Shown here in pieces: positions 24,841 to 39,156 of a stretch of DNA of 64,000 nucleotides. Location: contig NC_068995.1 of NCBI RefSeq assembly GCF_001194135.2, forward strand, positions 24,530,575-24,594,574, given 5' to 3'. Both the position numbers and the translations under genes were made by a program. This DNA comes from Octopus bimaculoides (taxonomy: Eukaryota). The notes beneath the pieces were generated by a model. It had not been told where the DNA came from. It worked only from the letters and a program-made list of their open reading frames with translations, and ran no database searches. Position 1 is the first letter of the stretch. The number at the start of each line of letters is the position of its first letter.

Positions 24841-25204
24841 ATCTACCCTGGTTTTTATAAAGTCATCCCAATTTAAGTCAAGGATACTGTGTTTGATTAG
24901 TATTTTATTTTATTGATCTTGGAAGGATCAAAGGCAAAGTTGATGCAGTCAGTATTTAAGTTCTGTAAATCAAGGCTTATAACCAAATGCTCAAAATATT
25001 TTGCCTGCCATTCTGTCAAAGTGCATACATACACACACACATACACATATATAGACACACATACATATATACATGCATGCACATTATATAGATACACGTA
25101 CACATGCATGCACACACACAAACACACATGCACATATATAGATACAGATATACACACACACACATGCACATATAGAGACATATATGATACAGACATACAC
25201 ACAT

Positions 25205-27150
25205 ATCATCATCATCATTATCAACATTTAACATCCATTTTCCATGCTGGCATGAGCTGGATGGCTTGACAGAAACTGGCAAGGCCAGGGGTTGCACCTT
25301 GTTCCATAGTTTGTGTTGGCTTGTTTTCTATGGCTGGAAGCCCTTCCTAATGCCAACCACTTTACAGAGTGTACTGGGTGCTTTTTTATGTGGAACCAAG
25401 CACCCATATCAATTCTTTTTATGTGGCACCTTGTTTTAGGATCTTGTTATTTTAAGTCCACTTTCCAATCCGGCAAGGGTTGGATGACAGTTCAACAGAA
25501 TCCATCAAGTTGAAAGATGCCATCTTGTTCCAGTGTCTCAATTTTGACATGGTTTCTATGGTTGGAAGTTCTTCCTAATGTCAACCACTTTATTGAGTGT
25601 ACTATGCGCTCTCTTTGAGGCACCAACACTGGTGAGGTCACTTTGTAATTTGATAAACTAAACAGCACCCATGTTAGAGAGGAAGAATTAGGAGAAAGGG
25701 TAGTGATTTTAGGCAGGGTGTGGAGAGGTTAAAGTGTGATGGGAAGAGCAGGTTTATTTTTGGCAAAAGATGCTAGAGGAGAAACTAACATTGTGGAGGA
25801 AAGGAGTAGTAGACAGGAAAGAAAATGAGTCAGAGCATGATAAGGAGGAAAACAGGGTGGGTTGGGGAGGAAAATGGGGTGGTTTGGGTAGGAAATTTAA
25901 GACACCCTCTGTGTTAGATGAGTAGGTGGGGGCAGATGGATTGGTGCTCAAGAGAGACAAAGATAATGGAGCTGAAGAGCCAGAGCATAACCTCAGAGTA
26001 ACATCTCCAAGTACTAAATGGGTAAATAAAAGTGAACATAATATCAGAAGGATAGGAAGTGAGGGTAAAGGTTGCATGAGTGGGGAAGAAGTGATTGATG
26101 GATAGAAATAGGGATGGTCATAGATAGATTGAGGGTGAAGGTAACCAATGCTGAGCAATGTGAAGGGTAATCGTTAAAACAAAGAATGGATGTTAGGAGG
26201 AAGTGGCCCAGAAGTGATGACGAGCTGAAAAGAAAGGGAGGTGATTTATTTAGTAATGATTTCTGCTATCATTAATTACATCAGTAGATAGAAGAGTGAT
26301 TGACTGATGAGTGGTTGTTGGATAAGAGAGAAGGCTACAGATGTAGATTTGACTGACATATTTGGCAAAGGACCCAGATATGTGAATACACATTATGATT
26401 CCAAACTCCATCTCCATTTATTAGCTTTTCAGTTTAGCTAGCTTCAAACCTCTAGCAAATATACTATGTGCCCACTTCCATGAGGTAGTTCTTCTGTAGA
26501 GTTAGTTTCATTTTAACATCAGTTTCATCATGCTTGCATAGGTATGGAATCTTCTTGAGTAGTGCATGTCTTTAGTGATCCTTTGTCATCTCCTCTCTAA
26601 GGCTCAAACCTAAGATCAGTCTTGTGGGACTCCTTCTACAAATTCCAACAATTGTAAGCAGATGGCATTTCTTTATACAGTTATCCTCGTCCACACACAT
26701 CACATGCAATCTTCTCTCTTGCATACTACCTCTGATTCCTCTTATGCTCAGTTTTTCTCTCAACACATCTGTTCTCCATCGTTCATACACAATCAGCAAA
26801 GCAGGTTTGCTTCATTTCTTTTTAGTCTTTGCAGATCATCTGCACTCAGTGTCAACAAGTACCATTGTAGTTTATATACAAGCATCATATAGTTTGCTTT
26901 CACTTACACTCTGAGACAGAAACCTTACATTTCCTACAGAATTAACAGCTCCCAGAACTTTCTTATTCTAGCTGTTCTTACTCTAGCTACTGCACCATCA
27001 GAAGATCCTCCTCTACTACTAATTTGATCACCGCGAAAACAGAAACTATCAACTATTTTTAGGAATATTTCCAAGCATTTATGAGAATCTGTTTCCTGTG
27101 TGTTTATTGCCCCTATGCATCTGCCACATGCAAAGGCTGCTTTCTCATAC
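25205..27150 (-). mobile_element. 5'-truncated RTE-clade LINE (ORF2 C-terminal part, CT-rich 3' UTR, tail)
   Basis: Minus ORFs FACGRCIGAINT...DSFCFRGDQISSRGG...ARVRTARIRKFWELL and DVLREKLSIRGIRGSMQERRL...EEMTKD; (CAT)n at 25205. Confidence 0.85.
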
Positions 27151-27159
27151 ATAAAAATC

Positions 27160-27560
27160 CAGGTACAACTGAGTGGTAAGATGCTTGTTCTCAACCACAT
27201 GGTTCTGGGATCAGACCTACTGCATAGCACCTTGAGCAAGTGTCTTCTATGATAGTGCTGGGCAAACCAAAGCCCTGTGGATGGATTTGGTAGACAGAGA
27301 CTGAAAGAAATCCATCGTATGTATATTTGTGTGTGTGTGTGTGTCTGTATTTGTCTCCAACTACCACTTGACAACTGGTGTTGGTTTGTTTTCCTCTTCA
27401 TAATTTAGTGGTTTGGCAAAAATGGTCTGATAGACTAAGACTCAGGCTTTAAAAAGAACAGGGTTGCAGAATACAGGGGTCAAATTGTTAGACTAAACTC
27501 TTCGAGGTGGTGCCCGAGCATGACCACAGTTTAATGACTGAAACAGATAAAAGATAAAAG
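27160..27560 (+). mobile_element. SINE family B at the 5' truncation edge of the RTE
   Basis: gagtggtaagatgcttg head, caccttgagcaagtgtcttc CORE, gactgaaacagataaaagataaaag tail. Confidence 0.85.
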
Positions 27561-28982
27561 AATACATGCATATATGTATATTGCACACACATATATATAT
27601 ATCTACATATGTATACAGGTATACACACCTACACATGCATATATGTATATACACACACAAGCATATGTTTCACACTGACTATTGTAGCTAGGCAATATTG
27701 ACAACTCTTCAGACATAGTGGCACAAAGTGCATAGCCTCTTTTATGCTAGAAGTGTGTGTGTGTGTAAGTATGTATATAAATATAACAGCATTTCGGCAT
27801 GGCCTTGGCTATGATAACTGAAACAAGGTACAAAGTAAAGAACATGCATACATACACACACATTGCCGAATGATGGAGAAAGTGGTAAGAATTAAAGAGT
27901 TATAAAATATTTGGTTAATAATAGTTAACTTCGTTAGCTTATAGCTGATTTATATATTGTTCATTTTTTTTTTTTCCATGACATTTCTCTGTATTTGACC
28001 TCTTGTCTAATGCATAATTCCTGAGATCTGTTTTTATGGCAAGTCATCTAACTGCTATTATTAGTTCTGTGATATTTAACTGAATCTGAGAGCAGTAAAA
28101 GTTTGATGGTGACAATAGCCAGGATCAAGGTTTGTTAAATATCAATCATCATCTCCAGTAACAACACAGATGACAAAAGAATATATTACTCATAGTTGTC
28201 ATTATCATTGTTGTTGTTTGGTATTATATTTAATGCCTTATGTTAGCTACATCCTTTTTTAAAAATTTAGATCATTAACTTTTAGGATCTATAAAATAGA
28301 TAACGATGACATAAGCTGTTTGTTATTTATATTATTGTTATTTCTATTGGGTAGTAAGTCAAAGGGTCAACTCTAGAGGGATTTGAACTCAAAATTGATT
28401 TTTAGCATCTGAGTAAGACTCTGAATGCTTTGTCTTTTCATAATGTAATGTAACCATTATTAAATTATATGCATGGACAGTAAAACATTTAGAGATTTGG
28501 GGAACAAGTAACATTTATGACCATAGCAGAATTTTATGGGAATAAATTTTGCAGAGAGTAAGAGTTGATTGAGACTGAGGTTTTACTTCCTAGAGTATGG
28601 CTGCTGCTTTTATATGAATAGAATAAGTTTGTTTTCTTTGCTGTGCATGTTTGGAATCATGCTTGCTTTCCTTGAATGTATGAAGGTTAATAGGATTGCA
28701 ACCCTGTTATGGTGAAGGTTAGTCTGTCTATGTGACAAATGAAAAGAGGGAGAGAGGGACAGAATGACTGCTTCCTTCCTATGTGTGTATGTAGAACTGG
28801 ATAACAAGGAAAGTTCTATGTGTATATGTAAGTGAGATGTGTATGTGTATATAATTATGCATATGTATGTTGTGTAGTCAGATTCCTTCACAGCAAAGGA
28901 AATTGTGTGTGTGCATGCACGTGTGTGTTTGTTTGTAACAGAATTAATTCAAAGTAAAATAAATTGACTCCACTACAAAGGA

Positions 28983-29013
<31 letters not shown>

Positions 29014-29850
29014 TGTGTGTGTGTGTGTATGTGCGTGTGTGTGTGTGTGTGTGCATGTGTTTATGTGGGTTGCATAAAAAGATTGCTTTGCTGTGAAGGA
29101 AATCATATTTGTCTTTGATATATAAGTTGATATTATATTACTGTTCTGGAGTTTGTGTATTTGTATATATGTGTGCACACGTGTGTGTGTGCATGCATGC
29201 ATAAGTATGAGTGTAGAATAAAATAATGTGTATCAAAGTATGTGTGCTTAATATTTCTGTAAAATTTGGTTTATGAAGATTAATTTCTACAGAACTGTGT
29301 TTATATGTGTACAGCTAATGTACTGTAGCACATTAAATTGATGAAGGATTCATACAGAACTTAACCTTTGTGAAGTAACTCAGGAAAAGATTTACTCAAG
29401 TGCATTATTTTGTGAAAAGAGGGCTCTTCTTTAGGCCCATCAGATTATACCAGCTCAGCATATACAAAAGGACAAAGAGAAAACTGTCATCAAATATGTC
29501 AGGAAGTTACAAAAGTGAATACTAGTTTCACATAGCTGTTATATACAACATTGTGAAATCCACTTTGAGTGAATAATAGGAGTACTTATAATATATTACA
29601 TTTAACTTGAAAAAAATTACATAGTCACTCAAGGACCTTAGAATTTTGCATCAAACTCTAGGCTTGCAGGCAGCTTATGGAGCTTCATAAACTATATATA
29701 TAGGGATGGGGTGGGGTTGGGGATGCATTTACTAATAGTTCTTTAAGGTTTTATAAGAGAAAGATAAGAGCAACCCTCCATAAACAAAAAGAAGAACAAT
29801 ATATAAGTATACACACACTATATATATATATATGTATATATGTACAGTAC

Positions 29851-29889
<39 letters not shown>

Positions 29890-30423
29890 CATGCACACAT
29901 AATATATATATATATGTATACACACGCACTTACAGGTTGCTGTAGCATGAACATGGTTTATCAGATATATAAATTGCAAATCAATTGATCCAACCCAGTC
30001 ACTTAGAGAAGATATTAGCAAATACAAACTGACTAAATCATCTGGTTAGCTTACTGTAGCAATGCAGTAAACTGACCACTTGAAATATTCTGTTCTACTG
30101 CAGTGATATGTCGCACAGCTAACCTGTTGCATAGACTGTTTTCTTATTAATAGTACAATTGTTTTTATCATTTCAAACTTGCAAAGTAGACTCTGGCATC
30201 TTTCTTCTCATTTTTTTTTCTTTTCCAATTGTTTAGTTTATAAACTACTTGGATAGTTAATGAGGATGAAAACTGGAGGTACGTGTGAATCTGTGTATGT
30301 ATGAATGTGTATGTGTGTGTATGAGTGTGCATACAGTCATATATATAAATAATTATGTATATATATATATATATGCAAACACACACATATATATATAATT
30401 ATATGTACATACATATGTATATA

Positions 30424-30523
30424 NNNNNNNNNNNNNNNNNNNNNNNNNNNNNNNNNNNNNNNNNNNNNNNNNNNNNNNNNNNNNNNNNNNNNNNNNNNNN
30501 NNNNNNNNNNNNNNNNNNNNNNN
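30424..30523. other. Assembly gap (100 N)
   Basis: Run of N. Confidence 1.
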
Positions 30524-30758
30524 TGCTTGTGAAATTAACGTGCAAGTGGCTGAGCACTCCACAGACACATATATCCTTAACGTAGTTCTCAGGGATATTC
30601 AACGTGAGACAGTGTGACAAGGCTGGCCCTTTGATATACAGGTACAACAGAAACAGGAAGAAAGAGTGAGAGAAAGTTGTGGTGAAAGAGTACAGCAGTG
30701 TTCGACACCATCCCCTGCCGGAGCCTTGTGGAGCTTTAGGTGTTTTCGCTCAATAAAT
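30524..30758 (-). mobile_element. SINE family C variant, gap-flanked
   Basis: gaaattaacgtgcaagtggctgagcactccacag...ggtgttttcgctcaataaat. Confidence 0.8.
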
Positions 30759-31597
30759 NNNNNNNNNNNNNNNNNNNNNNNNNNNNNNNNNNNNNNNNNN
30801 NNNNNNNNNNNNNNNNNNNNNNNNNNNNNNNNNNNNNNNNNNNNNNNNNNNNNNNNNNNNNNNNNNNNNNNNNNNNNNNNNNNNNNNNNNNNNNNNNNNN
30901 NNNNNNNNNNNNNNNNNNNNNNNNNNNNNNNNNNNNNNNNNNNNNNNNNNNNNNNNNNNNNNNNNNNNNNNNNNNNNNNNNNNNNNNNNNNNNNNNNNNN
31001 NNNNNNNNNNNNNNNNNNNNNNNNNNNNNNNNNNNNNNNNNNNNNNNNNNNNNNNNNNNNNNNNNNNNNNNNNNNNNNNNNNNNNNNNNNNNNNNNNNNN
31101 NNNNNNNNNNNNNNNNNNNNNNNNNNNNNNNNNNNNNNNNNNNNNNNNNNNNNNNNNNNNNNNNNNNNNNNNNNNNNNNNNNNNNNNNNNNNNNNNNNNN
31201 NNNNNNNNNNNNNNNNNNNNNNNNNNNNNNNNNNNNNNNNNNNNNNNNNNNNNNNNNNNNNNNNNNNNNNNNNNNNNNNNNNNNNNNNNNNNNNNNNNNN
31301 NNNNNNNNNNNNNNNNNNNNNNNNNNNNNNNNNNNNNNNNNNNNNNNNNNNNNNNNNNNNNNNNNNNNNNNNNNNNNNNNNNNNNNNNNNNNNNNNNNNN
31401 NNNNNNNNNNNNNNNNNNNNNNNNNNNNNNNNNNNNNNNNNNNNNNNNNNNNNNNNNNNNNNNNNNNNNNNNNNNNNNNNNNNNNNNNNNNNNNNNNNNN
31501 NNNNNNNNNNNNNNNNNNNNNNNNNNNNNNNNNNNNNNNNNNNNNNNNNNNNNNNNNNNNNNNNNNNNNNNNNNNNNNNNNNNNNNNNNNNNNNNNN
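30759..31597. other. Assembly gap (N)
   Basis: Run of N. Confidence 1.
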
Positions 31598-31639
31598 TAT
31601 ATATATATAAATACACACACATATGTATATACATTCTTA

Positions 31640-32030
31640 TATTGTTTTACTTGTTTCAGTCATTTGTCTGTGGCTATGCTGGAGCACCGCCTTTTAGTCG
31701 AAGAAATCGTTCTTTGGACTTATTCTTTGTAAGCTTGGTGCTTATTCTACTGTTGTCTTTTGCCAAAGCAACAAGTTATGGGGATGTGACCACACCAACA
31801 TCGGTTGTAAAGTGATGGTTGTGGGGACAAAGGGACACAAGTACACACACATAGATAGATACATATATATACATATGACGGGCTTCTTTCAATTTCCGTC
31901 TACCATATCTATTCACAAGTCTTTGTTTGTCCCAAGGCTGTAGTAGAAGACACTTGCCCAAAGTGCCATGCAGCGGGACTGAACCTGGAATCATGTGGCT
32001 TGGAAGCAAGGTTCTTACCACACAGCCATA
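31640..32030 (-). mobile_element. SINE family B
   Basis: ttttacttgtttcagtc tail to ttcttaccacacagcc head. Confidence 0.88.
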
Positions 32031-32632
32031 TCTGACATACATGTATATGAAGGTGCATGGTACCTGGTTTGGTTGTTTGTCTCATGTTCATTAGTATGTG
32101 GGTTTTAGTTCTTGAAATGAAGTACATGTTGTGTCCTTGAGCAAGGCATTTCCCTTCATGTTTTTCAGTCTGCTTGGGACAGAATGATTACTGGTTAATT
32201 TTCCCTGCAACTTTTTCACTATGGTGTCTCAACTATTTAAATGCCACAAAACTGGGGTAAGCTATTGCTTAATAGAACTGCAGGCACAAAATAGAATTAA
32301 ACTGTGCACACATACACATGCGCACACACACACACACACAAACGTGTGTGTGTGTGTGTGTGTATTTATATATATATATGTATATATAAGCCTGATGTAT
32401 GTTTTTGTGAAAGCATTAGCTTTTGGACAATAACCTGTAATCTTTCTCTAGATCTGTTTGTACATCAAAGAAGATGCACCTTATTTTACTGCTACCTAGT
32501 GAACTATTAATCAAAACAAATCTATAAGGTGATACACAAGCACTCAACTAGGAGTGTATTGCTTCTTGTAGCAGAAACAGCTGTAAGCTAGTGAAGTTCA
32601 TTTCTTGTTCCTTTGTCAGTTAGATTTGTATG

Positions 32633-32677
<45 letters not shown>

Positions 32678-32755
32678 ATAATGAGGGTAGAAATTAATAT
32701 CTTTTATGTATGCTGGCCACTAGTTTAAATTAATATTATTTAATAATATTAATTT

Positions 32756-33718
32756 NNNNNNNNNNNNNNNNNNNNNNNNNNNNNNNNNNNNNNNNNNNNN
32801 NNNNNNNNNNNNNNNNNNNNNNNNNNNNNNNNNNNNNNNNNNNNNNNNNNNNNNNNNNNNNNNNNNNNNNNNNNNNNNNNNNNNNNNNNNNNNNNNNNNN
32901 NNNNNNNNNNNNNNNNNNNNNNNNNNNNNNNNNNNNNNNNNNNNNNNNNNNNNNNNNNNNNNNNNNNNNNNNNNNNNNNNNNNNNNNNNNNNNNNNNNNN
33001 NNNNNNNNNNNNNNNNNNNNNNNNNNNNNNNNNNNNNNNNNNNNNNNNNNNNNNNNNNNNNNNNNNNNNNNNNNNNNNNNNNNNNNNNNNNNNNNNNNNN
33101 NNNNNNNNNNNNNNNNNNNNNNNNNNNNNNNNNNNNNNNNNNNNNNNNNNNNNNNNNNNNNNNNNNNNNNNNNNNNNNNNNNNNNNNNNNNNNNNNNNNN
33201 NNNNNNNNNNNNNNNNNNNNNNNNNNNNNNNNNNNNNNNNNNNNNNNNNNNNNNNNNNNNNNNNNNNNNNNNNNNNNNNNNNNNNNNNNNNNNNNNNNNN
33301 NNNNNNNNNNNNNNNNNNNNNNNNNNNNNNNNNNNNNNNNNNNNNNNNNNNNNNNNNNNNNNNNNNNNNNNNNNNNNNNNNNNNNNNNNNNNNNNNNNNN
33401 NNNNNNNNNNNNNNNNNNNNNNNNNNNNNNNNNNNNNNNNNNNNNNNNNNNNNNNNNNNNNNNNNNNNNNNNNNNNNNNNNNNNNNNNNNNNNNNNNNNN
33501 NNNNNNNNNNNNNNNNNNNNNNNNNNNNNNNNNNNNNNNNNNNNNNNNNNNNNNNNNNNNNNNNNNNNNNNNNNNNNNNNNNNNNNNNNNNNNNNNNNNN
33601 NNNNNNNNNNNNNNNNNNNNNNNNNNNNNNNNNNNNNNNNNNNNNNNNNNNNNNNNNNNNNNNNNNNNNNNNNNNNNNNNNNNNNNNNNNNNNNNNNNNN
33701 NNNNNNNNNNNNNNNNNN
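32756..33718. other. Assembly gap (N)
   Basis: Run of N. Confidence 1.
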
Positions 33719-33789
33719 AACAAATTAAGTATACTTTACCAGAAATGTGGTAACAAAAAGTTAATGAAATAAATGACAATCCTTGACGA

Positions 33790-34360
33790 GTAACTGGAAC
33801 TCTGTTGGTTATGATGATAAGGGTTCCAGTTGATCCAATCACCAGAACAGCCTTCTTATTTCTTTACTGCCCACAAGGGGCTACACACAGAGGGGACAAA
33901 CAAGGACAGACAAATGGATTAAGTCGATAACATCGACCCCAGTGTGTAACTGGTACTTAATTTATCGACCCCGAAAGGAAGAAAGGCAAAGTTGACCTCG
34001 GTGGAATTTGAACTCAGAACGTAGCAGCAGACGAAATACCGCTAAGCATTTCGTCTGGCGTGCTAATGTTTCTGCCAGTTCACCGAACACCAGAACAGCC
34101 TTCTTGTGAAATTAACATACAAGTGGCTGAGCACTTCATAGACACATATACCCTTAACATTAAGGAGATTCCATTGGGCACAGAATGTGATAAGGCTGGC
34201 TTTTGAAATACAGGTACAACTCATTTTTGCCAGCTAAGTGGACTCAAGCAATGTGAAATAAAGTGCCTTGCTCAAGTACACAATGCAGTGCCAGGAATTG
34301 AACTGACAACTTTATGACAGTGAGCCTACCTCTAACCACTAAGCGATGTGCCTTCCCCCT
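33790..34360 (-). mobile_element. SINE family C with a family A SINE (33858-34087) nested inside, 18-bp TSD
   Basis: CACCAGAACAGCCTTCTT is exact at 33840-33857 and 34088-34105. Confidence 0.92.
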
Positions 34361-34396
34361 TGAAGAATACTACTTAATTAGGGTCACTTCCTATAG

Positions 34397-34456
34397 TATG
34401 GAAGATTCCATTAATAGAGCATTGAAAGCTAATATAAAGGAGGTGGACAGTGAAAG
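34397..34456 (+). CDS. Weak candidate 60-nt symmetric exon (MEDSINRALKANIKEVDSER)
   Basis: Acceptor cacttcctatag, donor AAG|GTATGT, phase 2-2, open frame. Confidence 0.22.
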
Positions 34457-35819
34457 GTATGTAGACAATGAGTTCATTTCTCTAACAGATTCTCTGGATG
34501 TCTTGTTCAGTTGAAAAGAACTTGTGTTATTGAATAAATTATTACAAAGTCTAGCATGGAGGCTTGCTATTACAGAGAAATATTTTCATGATAGGTTTTT
34601 CAGTAGGATCCATCATTTGTTTTCCCTTTAAGCACATAAATACATAGTTAATGAATACATATTTAGGTAAGTAGATATATGTATTTGCCACAAAAAAACC
34701 TTGCTCAAGACTATTTCATGGAGAGGAACTTGCCAGGTGAAGAAATCCATGGCCAGCTATGAATAAAGGAGGGGGTGCACACACACACACACACACACAC
34801 ACTCTCTCTCTCTCTCTCTCTAATCCAGTCTGCTGAAAGTTAAAGTTGGTTTAAGTTGATAAAATCAAATTGCACTCTATATCCAGTATTGAGTACTTTT
34901 CTCATGTTTGTTATCATTAACATTTACTTACACACATGTTTACTTGTTTAAGAATTGACATCGTTAAGTAAATATTTAAATCAAATCACAATCAATAAAC
35001 AAATACAATGAAAAGGAAATTTTAGCAGACAAGATCAAAGAAGATATTCACTTTCTAAGACAAAGTTTTCAACTTAGGGAATCATGCAAATTTATGTACC
35101 TTTCACATGCATGTACATGTGTGTCTATGTATGTATATATATGTGTGCATGTGCATGTGTGTGTGTGTATGCACACGTGCATGCATAGGTGAATGGATCT
35201 CTACACGCACATACACATTTTCTGTCACTTCAAACAGCATAGGAAGTAGTGATTTCATTCCTTGTTTCACCTTAATATGTTGTTGTCTAGCCCTAGATGA
35301 ATTCTAATTGAACAAACCTGTGATCAGAGTGTCCTGGCCACAATAATTCTGTCATTTAGTGTGTACAAAATCTAGAACCATATTATCCAGCATGTACTTT
35401 TCTAAGAAGGTAGGATGTAATTTGAGGAAGATTTGCAAGTAGATTCACAAACAGAGAGTGCATGATACATTATGTAGAGTAAATACATTTATTATAGTAT
35501 AATAAAGGTGACTACTGCATCATGAAGAAGATTTGGCTGCTATTTCTAACAGATTGATAGACAACATATAATCTTCCTTGAGGCATTATTAACATGAAGC
35601 TTAGAGACCTAATGCCAGGTAGGTATTGCTTACATGAAGACATATTTCAAAAACATCTTCCAACAGGGACAGGACCATCTAGCATCCTTCGTCAGTACAA
35701 AGATACTATCTCTATATTGATATCAAGAAAAGTCTTGCATTACTCTATTCATAAACTGAAAGTCTTTCAGGTTAATGTGTTTTTAAATATACAAACTTTC
35801 AACTGGATCTTTCATCTAT

Positions 35820-36440
35820 CTTTTAATTGTTTCAGTCATTAGGCTGTAGCCATTCTGGAGCACTGCTTTCAAGAATTTTTAGTCAAATGGATCGACTCTA
35901 GTGCTTATTTCCTTTTAAAGCCTGGTACTTATTTTATCAATTTCTTTTGCTGAACTGCTAAGTTATGGGGGACATAAACACATCAACACCAATCAAGTTG
36001 TGGTGGGGGACAAACACAAACATAAAGAGACACACTCACATATCTTTTATTCTTTTACTTGTTGCAGTCATTTGACTGTGGCCATGTTGAAGCACTGCCT
36101 TGAAGGGTTTTAATCAAAGAAATCGCCCCAGGACTTATTTTTTAAGCTTAGTACTTATTCTATTGGTCTCTTTTACCAAACCATTAAGTACAGGGATGTA
36201 AACACACCAACACTAGTTGTCAAGCGGTGATGAGGGGACAAACACAGTTGCAAAGACACACACACACATACAGATATATATGATGGGCTTCTTTCAGTTT
36301 CCATCTATCAAATCCTCTCGCAAGGCTTTGGTCAACCTGAGGCTATAATAGAAGACACTTGCCCAAGGTGCCATGCAGTGGGGCTGAACATAGAACCATG
36401 TGGTTGTGAAGGAAGCTTCTTACCACACAGCAATGCCTAT
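35820..36440 (-). mobile_element. Two tandem SINE family B copies (partial + full)
   Basis: Tail ttgtttcagtcatt/ttgttgcagtcatt near 35830 and 36060; head cttaccacacagc near 36420. Confidence 0.85.
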
Positions 36441-38159
36441 CATTTATAGTATTCTTTTCTTTAGTAGCTGTCAGCTTTTTGATTATGGCCATGTTGGAGC
36501 ACCTTGTTCAAGAGTATAATCAATTGTATCAACCCCAGAACTTGTAGACAAATACTATTTATATAAATATTAATGTACTTATGTTGTCAAAGATTATGAC
36601 AGTTTTATTAATTATACAGAAAGGAATATCTGTACACAGTACAAGTGAAACCACTGCTAAATTTCTTTCCTAAGACTTTATACTTTGTATTTAGTAATTA
36701 AATATTACACTTTGATCATAGCCAAAAGGCTGAGATTAATAATTCATAAATGTGATAGTACATGGTGCCCAATAAAAACGACAAGTCATAATGATATATA
36801 AACATATAAACACCAATGTCAAAAATAACAACTTATAACATTTCTTATTGGTCTACTAAACATTTGGCACTTCTAGCAAACATGGGTCTCTGATTTAATA
36901 CCTACAACCTTAACTAAACAAGGATAGTGAAAACATAATCAAGAATGTAAATAGTTTCATTCAAGAATACTTTCATTCTTTAAATATTTTTGTTCTTTCA
37001 ATACAAACATAGACATTGATAGTAATGATCTTTGAAATAATGACACACCAGTATCTTTAATAATGTATGGCATTTTATCCAAAGCAGATTAGTTTTGAGT
37101 TCATCAGGCCTCAATTATTTGGTCAAACTGTTTCTAATGGAGCAGATAATATTTTACCCCATATTTCTCAGTGATAGCTGACTCGATGATTTTTCTTTTG
37201 CATCATTCTTATTGATTATTTTTAAATAATGAAAATATTTAAAGCACAGAAGTATATGTTGAACTATTCATATTCTTGGTATTTGCCATAATTATGACAG
37301 TAAATTGATGAGACTGTTTGACTGTAGTGCTAAACATTTTAATGATAGTTATAAAAATTAACAATAATGATATAATATTAGCAAAAATATTACAATATTA
37401 TTTACATAACATTGAAAGATTTACAGGTAATTATCATAACTCCAGTTCTTTTATCACAATATTTACAGTAAAACTGTGATCTCCCACTCACTCTGTCCTT
37501 GTTTGGTAGACATTTTTCCACTCTCTTTTATTTTGTTCCTCATTTTCTATTTGTCTTTTCCTTCTTCCACTCTCTCTCTCCTTAGCATAACAATGAATAA
37601 AAACACTAAGCTCATTATTATATATGCATAGTTTGAAGTGTTCCATAGTTATTTTCATTATTTTACTGCCACTAGTATTTAAAACTTGTTGTTATCACTG
37701 TTTCAAGGATATAATTAGCATTGATAATTCTTATTCCCATCTTCCAAAACTAATGAATGTCTCATGAACAAGGTTAGTTCATATCTCTTGGCCAGCTCTG
37801 ATTGAGCAAGTCTGGTTTGAAGTAAGATTTAAAGCTTATGTAACAAAAAAAAAAGACACCATTATATATTCTTGAATAATATCAATATTCATGTATTTAT
37901 TTTCGGAAGGACACAAATAGTTCCCTTTTATGTATCACAGAGAACGAGCAACTTCTTGTTCCACACCCACTTACAAATGGTCATGGTTAAATGCTCCAAA
38001 AGATCTTGCAACATTTATAGACTACATCTGTTATGTTCTGGAACTTGTCCTATGTCTGTGCTAAGTAACCTGTTAATTTTTCAGAAACAATTATATATCA
38101 CCTCATATGTAGCAATTACAAAAGCAATAACACTATTACTAATAGCAATAAATTTTCTG

Positions 38160-38512
38160 GAGAGCCAGAAATAGGAGACTACAAGACTGGATGTCTTATA
38201 GGATTTGGCTTCATGCCTCTAGATTCTGAGTTCATATTCCATTGTCATTGACTTCAAATTTCATTGCTTGAGGGCTGTTGAAATACAATAAGAATTAGCC
38301 ATTTATTGGTTTCAAGGCCAGCAAGTTCAGGGGAGGGGGCTAGTTGATTACATCGACCCCCACTGCTAAACTGGTACTTGTTTTATTGATCCTGGAAGGA
38401 TGCAAGGCAAAGGTGACCATTGCGGAATTTGAACTCAGAATGTAAAGACAGATGAAATACTGCTAAGCATTTTGCCCAACATGCTAATGATTCAGCTAGC
38501 TCACCACCTTAG
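38160..38512. mobile_element. Convergent pair of SINE family A copies (+ then -)
   Basis: ggagagccagaaatag...ctgagttcatattc on +; ggccagcaagttc...aatttgaactcag...tagctcaccacctta on -. Confidence 0.65.
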
Positions 38513-39102
38513 TACTAGCCATATACTAAGGATGGTTTGTTTGACTTAATCTCAAACCAACAAATTTACATTATCCTTTAGCTAATGTAACTATCTTTAT
38601 TATAATGGATAGCAGATGTGGCTGAGTGCCAGGTTATATGCCTTGGGGTCTTTATTTTTCTATCTCTATGATCAGAGTTCAAATCACATTAGAAGGAACT
38701 CTACTTTTCAACTCACAGAGAGGGTGTGTGTGTGTAATGGAATATGTAGCAGTTGTGTATTAAAGTTGATTAGATTATATTTTTTCCCCAATAAATTTGC
38801 AGTATTATACTGAAATTAGAAATCAATAAGCCTTCATCAACCTCTTCACATTCCACCATACATCTGAAAGCTTGAGAACTTGGCTGGAAGAGGGCACTTG
38901 CCATTTGTAGTCAAATTAGTGATGAATCTATCAAATACATTGATTAGCCCTAAATGGATTAACCTTTTGGGGTGCCTTATTTTATACTTTTTGTTTGCTT
39001 TTGTTTTCCATGTCTTTTCTTTTTCATAATTGATTCTGTTTAAACCCCACTGTTTTTGAAATTTATCCATGAAGTTTCCTTCAACCACTGCCATTCAGGC
39101 AG

Positions 39103-39105
<3 letters not shown>

Positions 39106-39156
<51 letters not shown>

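Noticed and set aside
24834-24841. Second TGACGTCA palindrome
   Set aside because: Formed at the end of a (GAT)n LINE tail by one substitution.
29934-30041. 108-nt symmetric minus-strand exon candidate with GTAAGT donor
   Set aside because: Acceptor lacks a pyrimidine tract and the peptide is unrecognisable; kept only as a site to check in RNA-seq.
30353-33842. Long ORFs (up to 368 aa) in the ORF track
   Set aside because: They are runs of X across assembly gaps.
37941-38070. Plus-strand acceptor (atcacag) with protein-like frames and an opposite-strand GTAAGT
   Set aside because: Frame and strand are ambiguous; no paired splice sites with a convincing frame.
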